Below are positions 16,409 through 29,864 of a stretch of 64,000 nt of DNA, one piece after another. Numbering within the stretch: the stretch's first letter is position 1; each line of letters opens with the position of its first letter. This stretch comes from Geosiphon pyriformis uo1 (taxonomy: Eukaryota; Fungi; Glomeromycota): contig JAAOMT010000161.1 of NCBI GenBank assembly GCA_016748015.1, forward strand, positions 30,077-94,076, given 5' to 3'. The notes under the pieces were generated by a model. It saw only the letters and a program-made list of their open reading frames with translations, was not told the origin of the DNA and ran no database searches. Position numbers and translations under genes: made by a program.

Positions 16409-17358
16409 CATAAAATTATCTTATAATTCCTATCATTAATTAGCATATATTATCATTTTAAATGATCACTTATTATATTAGCAAAAATGTCCGAAATTAT
16501 CATTTAATTAATAACCCAAATTGTACACAACACCAATGTAACCTAATTGTGATGATCAATCATGCAATACTCCAAACTATGTAACATTCAAAAAGTTCGC
16601 CAAAATTTGTAAAAATTCGCTGAAATAATTAATAGTTCACCGAAATATCTAATAGTTCGCCAAAATAACTTATAGTTTGCCGAAATGTATCTTTAGTTCA
16701 GCGAAATTGTAGAAAATAGCAAAGTTTGAGTTCATAGAATAGTGTTACGACAAGTTGTATAAAAGAAGAGCTTCTCTCTTTGAGAAAATGTATCTTACTT
16801 TAGATTTATCTTCTACAAACCATTTCTATACACACAAAAAGAAATAAATATCAAATAATTTGAAAAACCAAATTCTCTAAATTATTGTACTTGGAAAATT
16901 CCCAAAACCCAACTAACATTTCGAAATTGATTAGCTACCAATTTCAGTAAACTGTTAGTGACTCCAGGCCTGGATAGAAAACGTTTCCCTTGACAAAATT
17001 CTATTTCTTTTACATTTCTTTTATTTTCTTTTATTTTTCTTATTACAATTATTAGGGTAGTCTACAGACAAGATTTCTGTAGAAGAGTTGACTTTCACAG
17101 CAAAGTAACTACACATTTTTAGTGAGCTTCCAGACGAACAATTCCTGGGAAAGAGTTGACATTTACTACAATGTAACTACATAAAGTAACTGGCAAGGAA
17201 TTGGCCATTCCACTTATAAGCCCAGCAGTTCAAATTATAGGAAATAATTTGAAGATAAATTCAGTTACTGGAGGTTCAACCACATCCAGAAAACGTGAAT
17301 TCACAGCAAATAAGTATCAACAACATTACAGAAAAGAGACCAAAAATCTCCAGTAACA
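16377..17358 (+). repeat. 3' LTR of gypsy copy 1, preceded by PPT GAGGAGGAGG (16364-16373)
   Basis: TATTACC (decayed TGTTACC)...GTAACA; matches the 5' LTR. Confidence 0.95.
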
Positions 17359-19399
17359 TCGTATTAGGGTCAACTTTTCAAATAATTTTTTGGCTGGTGT
17401 GGTCCGTATTTTTTCTGATTTGGATTTGTCTTTGGGCAGCTCAGTGGCCAATGTCTTTTGCCTTGTGTCTGGTACTCCTTTGTCTCTTGTGCTTGGTGAT
17501 AAGATGTTTTTCAAGTGTGTTTCTTTACTCCGCTGGTATGGTATTGCATTTGTGGAACAACTTCGAGACCATAATGGTGCTGTTTTTAGTTGGTTGGCCT
17601 TCAAGCAGTAGAAAAAGTTGGACCCCCATGGTCTGGTTCCATTTTGGTATGATACTACTGTTCGCTTTATTACAAATATGATCTCTTTTTCTATTGGTCT
17701 GCTGTTCTTAGATGGTAGTGCATCTCATGACATTCTTTGGTCTTGTGAGTTTGGTGTGGTCAGTTCTGGTCTGTTGAATGCTAATTCTAATTGTCTTTCT
17801 GTGTATACGAATGATTCTTTGTGTGGGCTGGGGACTCGTAATATGAAAGCTGGTGCTGCAGTGTTTTTTGAGAACATTAATTTGGGTTTGGGTGTGAGTG
17901 TGTCTGGCTTGGTCTCTTCTACGTTGGCCGAATTACAGGCCATTACTCTGGCTCTTGAGTGTGTTCCTTTTCTTAGTTCTGTTGATTTGTTCTCAGACAG
18001 TCAGGCTGCTTTGAATGCATGTGTGTCAGAATTTGTTTTGTTTCATCCAGATTTCAGAAATCGGTGCTGGATTGAATGCCACCATATTGCTAACATCATT
18101 TGTCATAAACAGTTGGACATAAATTGGGTTAAAGTCAAAGATCATTCTGGCATTATGGGCAATGAGTGTGCTGATAAGTTTGCTAAGGCTGCTGCTTTTT
18201 CTGACTTTTGCCTGCCTCCTTCAATTGATGAATGGTTTCTAAAAGCTGGTAGTACTATGGTTTCTGGTAGTTCTAGACACTTTGTTCGTAATGTTTTCTG
18301 ATCAGTTTATTGTGTGGGTTGGGAAGTGGGTTCAGGCTCTTAGGTTATATTGAGTAACTTGTGTTCAGACGTGGATTAGTTTAGATCTTCTTTGGTGTGG
18401 CATCTGGATTTTCATTTGGCTGCTGGTTTTACCAGTAAACATACTGTCAACTGTCGAACATATTTCATGAAAACGTTGCATCACCAGCTTCCTGTAGCTG
18501 TGCGCAAACATTTGTATAATAGGTACTATTCCAGCATGATATGTCTTTATTGTGGTAATGTTAAGGTCTCTGACCATGTGTTTTCTTGCCCATCTGATGC
18601 TTCTGCCCACACTCAGTTGGTTGATGTTTATCTATCTGCTTGGGAGACTTACACTGGTTTTTCTTATTCTTCTTCGTGTGTCTCATAGTTGTTGTCAAAT
18701 TGTGTTTCTGGTGCTACAGTTGGCACGGCTCTGTGTAAAGGTTTTGTTTTTAATGATTGGTACCATGAATCAGTTGCTGTTTTTAAGGATTCCAAAGTGG
18801 CAGCTCTAACCGTTGTAGACTTTGTGCATAAATTTTGTCTTGCTTTTTGGGAGGAGATTTGGCTGGTTCGTGCCAGACACAGGTCTCTTATGAAGAGAAA
18901 TGGTTTAATTCTATGTGATGGTTCTCTCCCTCTCCTTGTTATAAGCCCCTCTAAGTTACTTTCAGCTGGTGTGGTTAAGTTATTAGGTGTCACTGATGTC
19001 TTTGGTATTAGCTTTGGATTTCATAAATCTTGTCTGTTTTTTTCTGATGTAGGTAATATGGTTTCTGTTCATATAGGTGTCTAGTGTTGTTCTGATTAGC
19101 TTGAATGGCTGGTTACGTGTAGAAAATACATAATTCACATCTAGTTTAGATTATTTGCATGATGTATAGTACTAGGTAGTGTTTGGACTTCACTTGTTAA
19201 AAATGTAAAAAAAAAATATATCAAAAACTTTACCAAAAATTTTTTTATATTATTTAATAAATACAATTTAATTATTACTTATTATAATACAAATAAATAA
19301 TATTTAACTATGAATTTTTAATTTATTTATATATATTAAATAGTAATTAAACCATATTTATTAAATATTTAATAATAATAAAATAATACAAAAAAAATT

Positions 19400-21531
19400 T
19401 TCTTTCTAATTTTAGAATTATAACTAAAGCAAAGAATAAAAAAGCTTTAAACATTATTTTTTTTATAGTAATTAATAAAGTTTTAATAATAAAAAGCTGT
19501 CTTTAACAGTTTTTAAAGTATTTTTTATCTTTGACAAATAGTTTTTTTCTAATTAAAGTTTTTCTTAAAAAACACACTTAGATCAGTTTTAATATTGTTT
19601 TTATTTTCTTTAAAAATTCTAAAGTTTTTAACAATAAACTGATTAATAAACTGATTTTTTTTGTTTTTATTACTATTATTATTACTATTTTATAAATAGC
19701 CAAAAAAATCAAAAAATCAAAAAAACAGCAACAATTGTTTAAATTTGCTATTGTTATATTAAAATTTTTTATAATTCTAAATAAGATTTTAAAAAAAAAA
19801 TTTTAACAACAGTTAGCTCTTTTTCTAATATAAACAACAATAATAATAACATATTTTTCAAGATAAACTAAGATTAATAATTAATTATATTTATCAAATA
19901 TAATATTATTTGACAAATTTTTACTGATTTTTAAACCAAAACTACTTATTAGATTATTTAATCTTAAAAATTAGACTAATTAAATAGAAACAAAATCAAT
20001 TTTTTTTTTGTTTTTTGATACTTGAAAACCAATTTTCAGTTATTAAAGGTTTTTTAAATAGGTAACTTTTATATTAATACTTAATATTATATTTAAAATT
20101 ATATTAGTTTTAGTTAATTTTTTGTTTAAACTGCTGTCTAATTTTATTAAACTTAAGTTGTTTTGTGTAAATTTTACTTCTAAGTTTTTTTGATTGCTGT
20201 TATTAATATTATTATTAATAGTTTTTTTTTAATTATACTTAAACTGTTAAGTTTTTTGTAATGACTTTTGGTTTTTTTTTTACTTCTGTTATATTTTGTA
20301 TTATTTTTTTTAATACATTTTTTAATAATATTAAAAATATTTTTGGTGTTTTTAATGTGATAAATTAAAGCCTATTGGTTTATAATAATATGTTATTATT
20401 AGTTTTAAAAATTTTTTTTTTGCTGCTGTTGTTTTTAGTAACTATTTTGTATTAATAAAAAAAACAATATTAAAATTTTTCTATTGTTTAACCAAAAAAA
20501 ATTGTAATTTTAAGAAATACTTTTAAAATCAAATTAATCAATTTTTTTAATTATATTGTTTTTATAATTAATAATTTGATTTTTTGGATTGGTGGCCATA
20601 TTTGTTTTATTTTTTATTTTTCTTATTCTTATTATTATTAATGCTTTGCTGTTATAATATTTAAGTCTTATAAATCTTTAAATTTGGTTGTTGTAAAGAC
20701 TAATATTTTATATTAATATTGTATTTAGTAAAAACTTTTTAAATATTATTGTTGTTACAAAAATTAAAGCTTAGATTATTTATTTGTTAATTATAAAGTA
20801 TTACTATCATTTTTCAAGTTTTTTGTCAAATTTTTTAATAACTTTAAGTTTTTTGTTTTATTTTTTATTAATAAGAAATTTTATATTTAAATTTCTGTTT
20901 TTTTAGTTTTTTTTTTACTGTTTTTATGGTTATACTTATTGTTAATTTTATGATTAAGTTAAAATTGAATTCTTTAAAATCTCAAATTTTGAATTTGGCT
21001 TTTTTGATTAAATTTGTTATTAAGCTAATTAATGTTTTAATTATATTAATTATCTCTCTTTTGAACATTTTTTTTGTAGTATATGTTAAAATTAGGAATG
21101 TTATTTATAAAATTAAAAATCAGATTTTTGTTTTTAATAAATATTTATACAAGATTAATTTTAACTTGTTTAAAGTTAAATATAAATACAATAATAATGA
21201 CAAGTAAGTAATTTATTAAGTAAAAAAACTTTTGTTAATTTAATAAAGCTTTAAAAACTTTAATCTTTTAAAGTTAAGCAAAATATAAATAAAACTGCTA
21301 AGTAATTAAATAGTATTATTATAAGTAATAAAATTTTAATTATTATTATACATAAAATATTTTTTTAAGATAGGTTTTTATTTATAAATTTAATTTAGTA
21401 GATTGAATTTATGTCTAATTTTATGTAAAATATGTATAATTTATATCTAATTTAAAATACTTTTAAAGATTATATTGTATTAGATTGGTATTTAAATTTA
21501 TATATTAAATAAATAATAATAATAATAATAA
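19400..21531 (+). mobile_element. Heavily decayed ORF1-only LINE satellite (HAL1-like family)
   Basis: Collinear with 51840-53800 and the reverse complement of 29872-31301 plus 44441-46220. Ends in a LINE-like 3'UTR remnant and a (TAA)n tail at ~21510-21531. Confidence 0.7.
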
Positions 21532-22975
21532 TACAATAACAAAAAATTTCAAAATAAATATAATTTTTTTTTATATATAACTAATTACTTAATTTAATTA
21601 AAACAATATTATATAATTATAATATTAATTATATTAATAAGTTTACAAATTTTTTTAAAAAACAATTATAAATTAATAATTAAACCAAAATTAATACAAA
21701 GTTTTTTAATAATTATTATTTTTATAATATAATCAAATATATACAAAAAAATATAATTAAAATTTTAATATCAATTATATTAAAAGCAAATTATACTTAA
21801 ATATTTAAAATTAAAAAGTTTTTTCTAATAATAATTAATAATTTCTTATAAAAAACTTTATAAAATAATTTAAAGACCAAAAATAATATTATTAAATAAA
21901 TTATTTACATATAATTATTAAAATATTACATTAAAATTATTATTAACATATTTGGCTCTTTTATTAAAAACTTATTAATAAATTTATTAACACAATTAAA
22001 TTTTTATTTTACAAAACCAACTAAATTAAATAAATTTTTTATGTATTAATAAATATTTTTAAAAATTTTATTATTTGCCAAAAAAAATTTTATATTAATT
22101 AACAACGTAAACTTTAAAATTATATATTTGTAAATATCTTAATATAATTATTATTTTATAATTTTTAAGTAATTTTATTTAAACAGACTTTTTTTAAATT
22201 GGTTTTGTTTATTTTAAAGTGGTAAAAATTAAACAAATATTAATAATATAATAAAAACAATATAAATAAACTTTTATTAATAAAATTACTTATTTTAATT
22301 TTATTATAGAACTAAATTACATAAAACTAAACTATTAAAATTAAGTTTTTTTTAATAACAAAAATTTTTTTAATTAAAATAAAAGTCTTAATTATTTAAT
22401 AATTAATTAACAAATAAAAACAATAACAAACTTTATAAAAAATTAAATTATATTATAATAAGTTAATTAATTTAAAATCTTTTAAAATAAAAATTTTTTT
22501 TTTAAAATAAAAAAATCTTAATTATATTAACCAAAAAATTGTTCAAAAAATTAACAAATAACTTAAAAAAAAATTGAAATAAATTATATAATATTATTAT
22601 TTATAAAATAATACAAAAAATAAGTAATAATTAAAATATAACATAAATTATTTAATAATATAATAAAAATTATTAGATTATATAATACCAAAAATACCAA
22701 AAAAAATTTCAGAAATTTCAAAAACACTAAAAATACCAAAAATTTCAGAAATTTAAAAATTATTAAGAATTTCAAAAATTTTGTTTTATAAAAATTTATA
22801 TATATATATAATAATAAATTTATTACGTAATTTTAATAATTAAAAATTTAATATTTAAAATAAATACTTTTTTAATAAAATTATTATTTAAATTATTTAT
22901 TATTTTAATTTTATAAATTTTTATTTATTTTATTAAATTTACTTATTTTAATTAATATGAATAATATTAAAACAA
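21532..22975. repeat. Extremely decayed repeat DNA, including a possible ancient LTR promoter (short tandem units 22685-22780 then a TATATA run)
   Basis: Layout resembles the U3 array + TATA of the solo LTR at 6295-7157; sequence too eroded to assign. Confidence 0.3.
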
Positions 22976-23005
22976 TTATTATTATTATTATGTTTAATGA
23001 GTATG

Positions 23006-26000
23006 ATAATAATAATAAACTTTTTTCTCTCATCGATCCCTTAATTATAGTGAAAGCAAAAAGTAAATCAATAAAATAGCCTTCTCTTTCTTCTTTTTCC
23101 CCCTTTCATCTTAAAGTTATTTCTTTCAATACACTTCTTTTTGTTAATATGGAACCAACAGGCTCTTCAGCTGGTGATTCAGGTTCTGTTTTGACAGATT
23201 TAAGGATCTGTTCTAGTGTTAAATCTAAACATTTGGCGAGTGTTCACTCGTGTGGTGTATCCTACAAGAAATCTAAGAAGCCTGCTGCTGTTGGTGGTGT
23301 GATCAATACGTCTACTGGCCCTCTTAGCTTAGAAGATTTGGGTGAAGCTAGTACCAAACCTGTGGTGTCCTGGGATAGTGATGTCAGTAGTATAGTGAGC
23401 AGTATGAGCGGTCTTTCAAATACGGAAAATATGATGAACTTAGTAGCTGAAAAAACAAGTTACATAGAATCTGGTAAAGACAACGACATGGACGAAGCTA
23501 TGCCAAAGAAAACATGCACCAGGACATACACTCTAAGCAACCTGATGAAGCAACCCCTTTTCAACAATGTAAGTAATGATGATAGTGTGCTGGAGTTTTT
23601 TCTTCGCATGCTTAGTGGTTCCAATCAATTACCACCATTCATGTCACATGTCTTGAAAACACAAAGTTTTGATTTGATGAAGTCTTTCGCACTTAATATT
23701 GAACTTTCTGTGATGTCTGGCAAATTAGTTAGTGACAAGTTAATTGCAGTAAAAAAAATTTTCTATCAAATTGATGATTTTGAGGGGGTGTCAACTCCCT
23801 CAAAATTTCCTGGGATCATCAGATCTTCATTTACTTCTGAGAATAGCTTGATAAAGGCAAGGAAGATGGCAGTCAGTGAGAAAATCTTGGTTAATAATGA
23901 TGTTAAAAAAGCAAACAGCCATTCAGATCGGGAGGTGATTGTCAAGGAGATCCCAGTAGATCTTCTCAAATCGGCAATAAAATCAGTTTTTTCTAAATTT
24001 GGTGAGATTGTGTCCATCAAGATGCAGCTGATTGGTCTTTAGCAAAAGGTCCTGGTTGAATTTAAATTATCTGAAGTAGCTAGCCTGGTTGTATCCGAGT
24101 GGTCAGTTTTCATGAGAAAGGATTCAGTGCATGTAGCTTTGGCAATTGGTGATAAACAAACATGGGTATTGAGAGATCAGCATCAGGCATTGCTTTATAC
24201 TCTTCTAGTTGGCACTACTGCCCATGATCTTTCTAATTTGTTGAATTTTTATGGTGGGAAAACCTGCATAGTTGGCCATAATCTGGTTATGTATGTTTGA
24301 GATAGGTGCACTGTCATTTGTTTTGCAGATGAAGCTTCCAAGTTGGCTGCAATTAGTTCAGTTCTGATCTTTAAGGGTGTGAGTTTGCATTGGGCTGGTT
24401 TTTTTTTGGCCTGTTGTGCTATGTGTAAACATTTCAGTTATGTTTTAGATATGTGCTCTGTGAGTGGGAATTCTGGGAGACATGATAGACGTGTGATTAC
24501 TCCTCAAAATCAGGCCTGTTTGGCTGACATTTATAAAAAGAGACAGGTGCCAATTGCTCATCCAGTTTTTTTTGGTGGTAAAACTTGGGCTCAGGTGGCT
24601 GGTGGATCTCTTTTTCATGTGGTTCCCTTGGTTGTTTCTGGTGCAAAGTTGTTTTCAAATGTCAAGAGTCTCTCAATAGATTCTGATTCTCTCGTGGTCG
24701 CAGGTCTGAATAATTGCTTAATGTCCTTGAAATGCTCTTTGGAACTCTTGGCCAACCAGGTTTTTGGCATCTTGAAAAGATTGAGCTCTGCTGAATTGGT
24801 GCCTTTGTCTTTTGCTTCACTAGCTTCCCTTCCTGTCATCTCTGCTTCTCTGGATTTGAGTGCAAACTTGAACATGGTGTTGGATGCTCCACAGGTTTTT
24901 TTTTCTCCTCCCGTCACAGTCATTGACAATGCAGCTTCTGATTTTGGTTCTAATAGTTCAAAAATTCTGACCACCAAAGTTGGTGGTTTGGAATCGAAAA
25001 TGATGGCTTTAGATGCAGTAGTTGGTACAGTTTTGGCTAGATTGGATCTTTTGTGCTCTGGGTTGGGTTCGTCATCTGTTTTTTTATCTCAATAAGTGGT
25101 CTGGTTTGGAAAATTGCTATTTGCAATGTTAGGGGCATAAACAATCCTGCAAAACAGGATGACATCATTTGTTGGCACAATGACATGAACAATTTGATTT
25201 TAATTTTTACAGAAACAAAGTTAAAAGGAAGAGTTCATCTCTGGATTGTCAACAAATTTGATGATGTAAGGGTGTTTACCTCTGGCTTGGATTCTGGTTA
25301 CCTGGGTGTTAGTGTTGTGATCGTCATGAATTCTTCTTTGGTGAAACATGTGTGCAAGGTTTCTGAGATGCCTGGTTGGCTCTTGTCTATCAAGTTGCTG
25401 TTTAAAAATAAACTTTTGGTATCAATTTTGGGGCTTTATGCAGGCGCTTCTTCGGTGGTTCAGTTCTTTCAGGCTGGTAAGGTTAACTCTCTTATTGCTA
25501 AGGCTGTTAATGAATCTTCTTTCATAGTTCTTGGGGATGATTTCAATAAAAATGGTTTGTGTAAAAGCACAAGTTTTAGGAAGTGTCTCGATTTGGAGCT
25601 GATCAACTCTCTGTCAAGTAGTCCAATTGCAAAATGTTTTACTTGGAAAAATTCAAGGGGTGCGAAGAAGACAATTAATTATATGTTTGTTTCCTCGAGT
25701 CTGGTCAGTGCAATCGTACACTGTGATGTTTTGGAGGTTGGTGAACATTATGATACAGATCACCAGACTGTCTTTGTGTCCATAAGCTTGGATGGGCTTT
25801 TGGATGTGCAGATAAACTTTCTTCGCAAACAGGCAAATAAAGATTGTTGGAAGTTCGATTTTAAGAGTGCTGATGAGATTAAATGAAACAATTTTAAAGG
25901 TGCCATATTGGCCAACACTACAATGTTCTCAGATGAGTTTGCTACCTCTGCAAAGTTTTCGGACTTGGATGCAATGTGGGACATTGTTCGCAAGATAATG

Positions 26001-29000
26001 GTTCTCTTAGCTAGTAAAGTGTTCAAGAGGAAATGGTTCAAGGGCTTTGATTATGTTTTTACCAAGAAATCTTCGAGATTTCACAAATTGGAGCTTTTGG
26101 TTTTCAAAATTGTCAAGGCCTCACGTGAAGAATGTGTAGCAAATTTTGAGTCTCTTATGGGACATTGGGTTTCTTTGGACAATGATAGGACTTCATTTGT
26201 GCAAGATGTGGTGAACTCTGGTGCTAGTGCTGATGGTGTTTGTTTTGCTCTTTTTAGTACTAAGAGGTCTTATCGTGCATCCAAGCTTGCTAAGTCTTTG
26301 AGAGCTAAGGAAGCAAACATCAGATCTGCTATAGATAAAAGGATGGAGAGTTTTGAGGTAGATAAAGATCACATGATTAGAAGCATGCTGGAATGACCCT
26401 TTTGCAAGGTGGTTTTGGATCATTTGGTTGTGGGTGATGAGTTGGTTCTTGAGCCTGACTTGGTGAAGTCCAAAGTGGATGATATTATGGAAGGATAGAC
26501 CAGAAAGCGTGTGGTGGTCGATGATGTTTCTGATACTTGGTCTCATTAGTACTGACCTTTGGACTACATTTTTGATGAGGCCTTCTTTGGGGTGATGTGT
26601 GCAATTGATTTTGATGAGTTGTATCATGTGGTCTCTAATCTGCCTAATGGCAAAGCCACTGGTCTTTCAGGTATCTCTAATGAGCTATGGAAATATTGTG
26701 ATGAGTCAGTTTTGGGTTTGTTTTTGGTCCTGTTGAATTCTTGTCTGTCTTGTAAATTGGTACCTGGTCCTTGAAAAGAGGCTTGGGTTTCAATAATTCC
26801 CAAGTCCTATGAGTGGGAGGGTGTTCTCACGAATACTCATCCTATTGCTTTGATCAAAACAGCTCACAAAATTCTCTCCAAGATTCTTTTGAATAGAATC
26901 TCACTGGCTTGCAGCTCTTAAGATGTCCTACATGGTGACAATTTTTCTGTCTTAAAGGGTATGACAACTCAGTTACCTATTTTTGCTATTGGTTTAGTTA
27001 TTAAAGACACTCTGGAAAAAAACTGAGAGCTTTGGTTGGTTTTATAGGACATGCAAAAAGCTTACAATTTGGTTGGCTGGAAGCACCTCAAGAAGAGTTT
27101 GGTTAAGGTTAAGATGTACAGCAAATTTATTTGGTTTTTTAGCAGTATTCATAAGAATTGCACCAATTGTGTGATGACAGATTTTGGTTTGACAGAAGGC
27201 TATCATGTACATGATGGCCTGGACCAATGAGAGGTTTTTTTCCCTCTGTTGTGGCATATTTTTTATGATCCTCTGTTGTGTAAAGTCAAGCATCAGGAAA
27301 GTGTGTGTGGGTATAGATTGAATTCTCATTTTGTTTCCAAAAGTAGTCATACCAAATCTTAGGCTGGGCTCTCTTCTTTTTTTGCTGCTGGTGTTTTTGT
27401 CAATAATATAATCTGGGTTGGTAGCAGTCAAAATGCTACTTAGCATATTCTCAATATAGCTAGTGAATTTTTTCAAATTAATAACATTTCAATCAATAAT
27501 GACAAGACAATGGCCATTCCTATCAATAGCAGGGTCAGCATTCCTTTTCTCTCTATCAGTGGCTCACCAATTTTTATCGCCAAAAAGGGTGAATCTCATC
27601 GGTACTTGGGTATTTTTCTTTTGACTGAGGGTCTTTCAAAGCCTAGTTTGGCTAAAACAAATTCAGATGTTTGTTTTTTCACCAATCTGGTTCTAAGAAA
27701 GGCAGTTTCAGATAAGCAATTTTTGTATCTGGTGTCGGCAGTTCTCCATCCTATAATCAGCTATAGAATGCAGTTCAGCTTTGTTCTTGTTGATATGTGC
27801 ACCAAATGGGATGTTCTGATTTGCAAAAACTTGAAACTTAAATCTGGTCTTCTACTGGATTTTCCTAGTGATACAATTCACCATCCTTCTTTTTATGGTT
27901 TAAAGTCTTTTTTACAGTGTCAATCAGAATGTAAGATTGCTTTACTTGTTAGTTTTATAAACTTTAGCAGAATTTTGGGGTGTTTGTTCAGTCACAGGTC
28001 TCATGACTTGCAAGTTCTGTGTTGGTGGCCGATCCATCTACTGATTTCTCCTACTCATATTTGTGTCAATGTTTCTAATAATTTCTTGGCTGGTGTGGTT
28101 TCTATCCTTCTTGACTGCAGGCTGTCTTTGGATAGTTTTTTGACCAATGCTTTCTGGTTTCGTGGTGGGATTTCTATGTCTGTTGTTCTTGACAATTCTT
28201 TGTTTTTCAAGTTTTTGCTATCCCTTTGGCATTATGGCATTGTCTTTGTGGACCAGCTTCAGAATCGTCGTGGTGATGTTTTTAGCTGGCTCACCTTTAA
28301 GTGGTGGAAGAGACTAGATCCTTATGGTCCAGTTCCTGAGTGGTTCAAACGTTCAGTTAAGTTCTTTGTGACTTCCCGTTCTTCTCCCTCAGTCTCAGTT
28401 GGTGTTGGTCTTGTTGATATTTGTGGTTCTAATGATTTTATGTCTGTATGTGATCATCTTTCTCAGGTTGGTGCTGATAGTTTGTTTGTGTATACAAATA
28501 GGTTGTTGAAAAATTTGGGCATGACTGGTTGTAAGGCCGGGGCTGCTGCCTTTTTTGAGAACATTAACTTGGGTTTGGATATCAGTGTTTAGGGTTTGGT
28601 GTCATCTACTTTGGTGGAATTGCAGGCTATAGCATTGATTCTAGAGTGCATACCTGCAGCTCATTCTGTTTGTCTGTTTTCAGATAGTCAAGTGGCCTTG
28701 GATGCTTGCATGTTGGAGGTTAACTTGGTGTATTCTGACTTTCACAATCAGTGTTGGGTCGAACACCAGCATATTAGGAATGTTATCCACAATAAAAATT
28801 TAAGAGTTAGTTGGCACAAGGTTAAGAGTCACTCTGGTGTATTGGGGAATAATTGAGCTGATAGCATTGCTGACGTTGCGACTCTCTTTGATTGGTTTCT
28901 TCCTCCTCGTGTTGATAAACATTTTTTGTTGGTGAATAATAGTATTATCTCTGGTAATTCTAGATACTTTGTTTGAGACGTTTTTTATGCTGTTTGTCAG

Positions 29001-29864
29001 GCGCATTGAGAGATTGGTTCCAGTTCTGGGTTTCTACTTGGGGATTTGTACTTGAATGTTAATTGGCCTGGTTCTTCCAGGGTTTGGCATCTTGATTCGC
29101 ATATGGCAACAGATTTCACTAGCAGGCGTACTGCCAACACTTGTATTTACCTTATGAAGGCTTTGCACCATTAACTTCCCATGGCTGTTCAAAAGTGTGT
29201 TTATAATAAATGTTACCCATGTATTTTCTTGTGTAATTGATGATTCAGCTTGTCATTGGGTTTTGGAATCCTGTATGTCTTCTTGGAAGACGCTTTCTGG
29301 TCTTTCCCTCTCTTTTTCAAGTGTATTGCAGCTGTTGTCAACCTGTGCTTCAGATTTCCTGGTTTCCTCGACTTTTTACAAGGGTTTTGTTTTTAATGAA
29401 TGGATTTAGGAGGCTGTTTCTGTCTTTCATGATCCCAAAGTCACTAGTGTCAAGATTGCTGATTTTGTGCACTCTCTTTGTGTTGCTTTCAGGAATGACA
29501 TTTGATTGGTCCATGCCAAGCATTGTGCATACATGAAAAAGAATGGCTTAATCTTAGTGGATGGCTTGATTTCTGTCTCAGTTTCTGGTTTGGTTTCGAG
29601 GTTCTCAGATGGTGTGGTTAAATTGCTTAGTATTGCTGAAATTTTTGGCATCCATTTTGGCTTTCGCAAATCTTGTTTTTTTTTCTTAGGTATTGATGAC
29701 CCGATTTCTGTTAATATAATTGTGTAGTGTTGTTCTGACTGGCTTGAGTGGCTGGTCACATGTAAAAAGTGCATGATTCATGCTTAGTTTAGATCATTTC
29801 TTTGATGTATAGTTCTAAGTAGTATTTGGACTTCACTCATTAAATGTTAATAATAATAATAAAA
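23006..29864 (+). mobile_element. Full-length LINE copy B (ORF1 23149-25095, ORF2 25092-29727), decayed
   Basis: Same domain order as copy A; (TAA)n tail at 29848-29864; TSD GAGTATG at 22999-23005 and 29865-29871. Confidence 0.93.

Larger units (their letters stand above)
10751..17358 (+). mobile_element. Ty3/gypsy LTR retrotransposon copy 1 (dUTPase- and extra-ORF-bearing family); RT-RH-IN region missing or hidden in the N gap 15266-15727
   Basis: Near-identical ~980-bp LTRs, PBS, PPT; 4-bp TSD TTGT (10747-10750) / TCGT (17359-17362); gag, protease and dUTPase. Confidence 0.96.
7785..19084 (+). pseudogene. LINE ORF2: AP endonuclease, reverse transcriptase, RNase H, C-terminal Zn finger (disrupted)
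   Basis: APE: ATCNVKG, GGDFN, IDYVFVS, TDH. RT: PIALI, KAYDSV, GLDQ, AFVDN (decayed FVDD), YLGI. RNase H: VYTN(D), AELQAI, FSDSQ, WVKVKDHSG..GNECAD. Zn finger: CLYC..DHVFSC. Split by the LTR element at 10751-17358. Confidence 0.92.
4841..19216 (+). mobile_element. Full-length non-LTR retrotransposon (LINE copy A; ORF1 + APE-RT-RNaseH-CCHC ORF2), decayed and interrupted by two LTR insertions
   Basis: Pyrimidine-rich 5'UTR resembles that of copy B. ORF1 starts at 4964, ORF2 spans 7785-19084, and the 3'UTR ends GGACTTCACTTGTTAAAAATGT(A)n at 19216. Possible degenerate TSD ATATCAAAAA.. near 4818 and 19218. Confidence 0.92.

Noticed and set aside
19217-22975. AT-rich tracts as organellar or endosymbiont DNA insertions, or real I/L/F/K/N-rich genes
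   Set aside because: Much of it aligns to decayed transposon copies elsewhere in the window; the ORFs are compositional artefacts.
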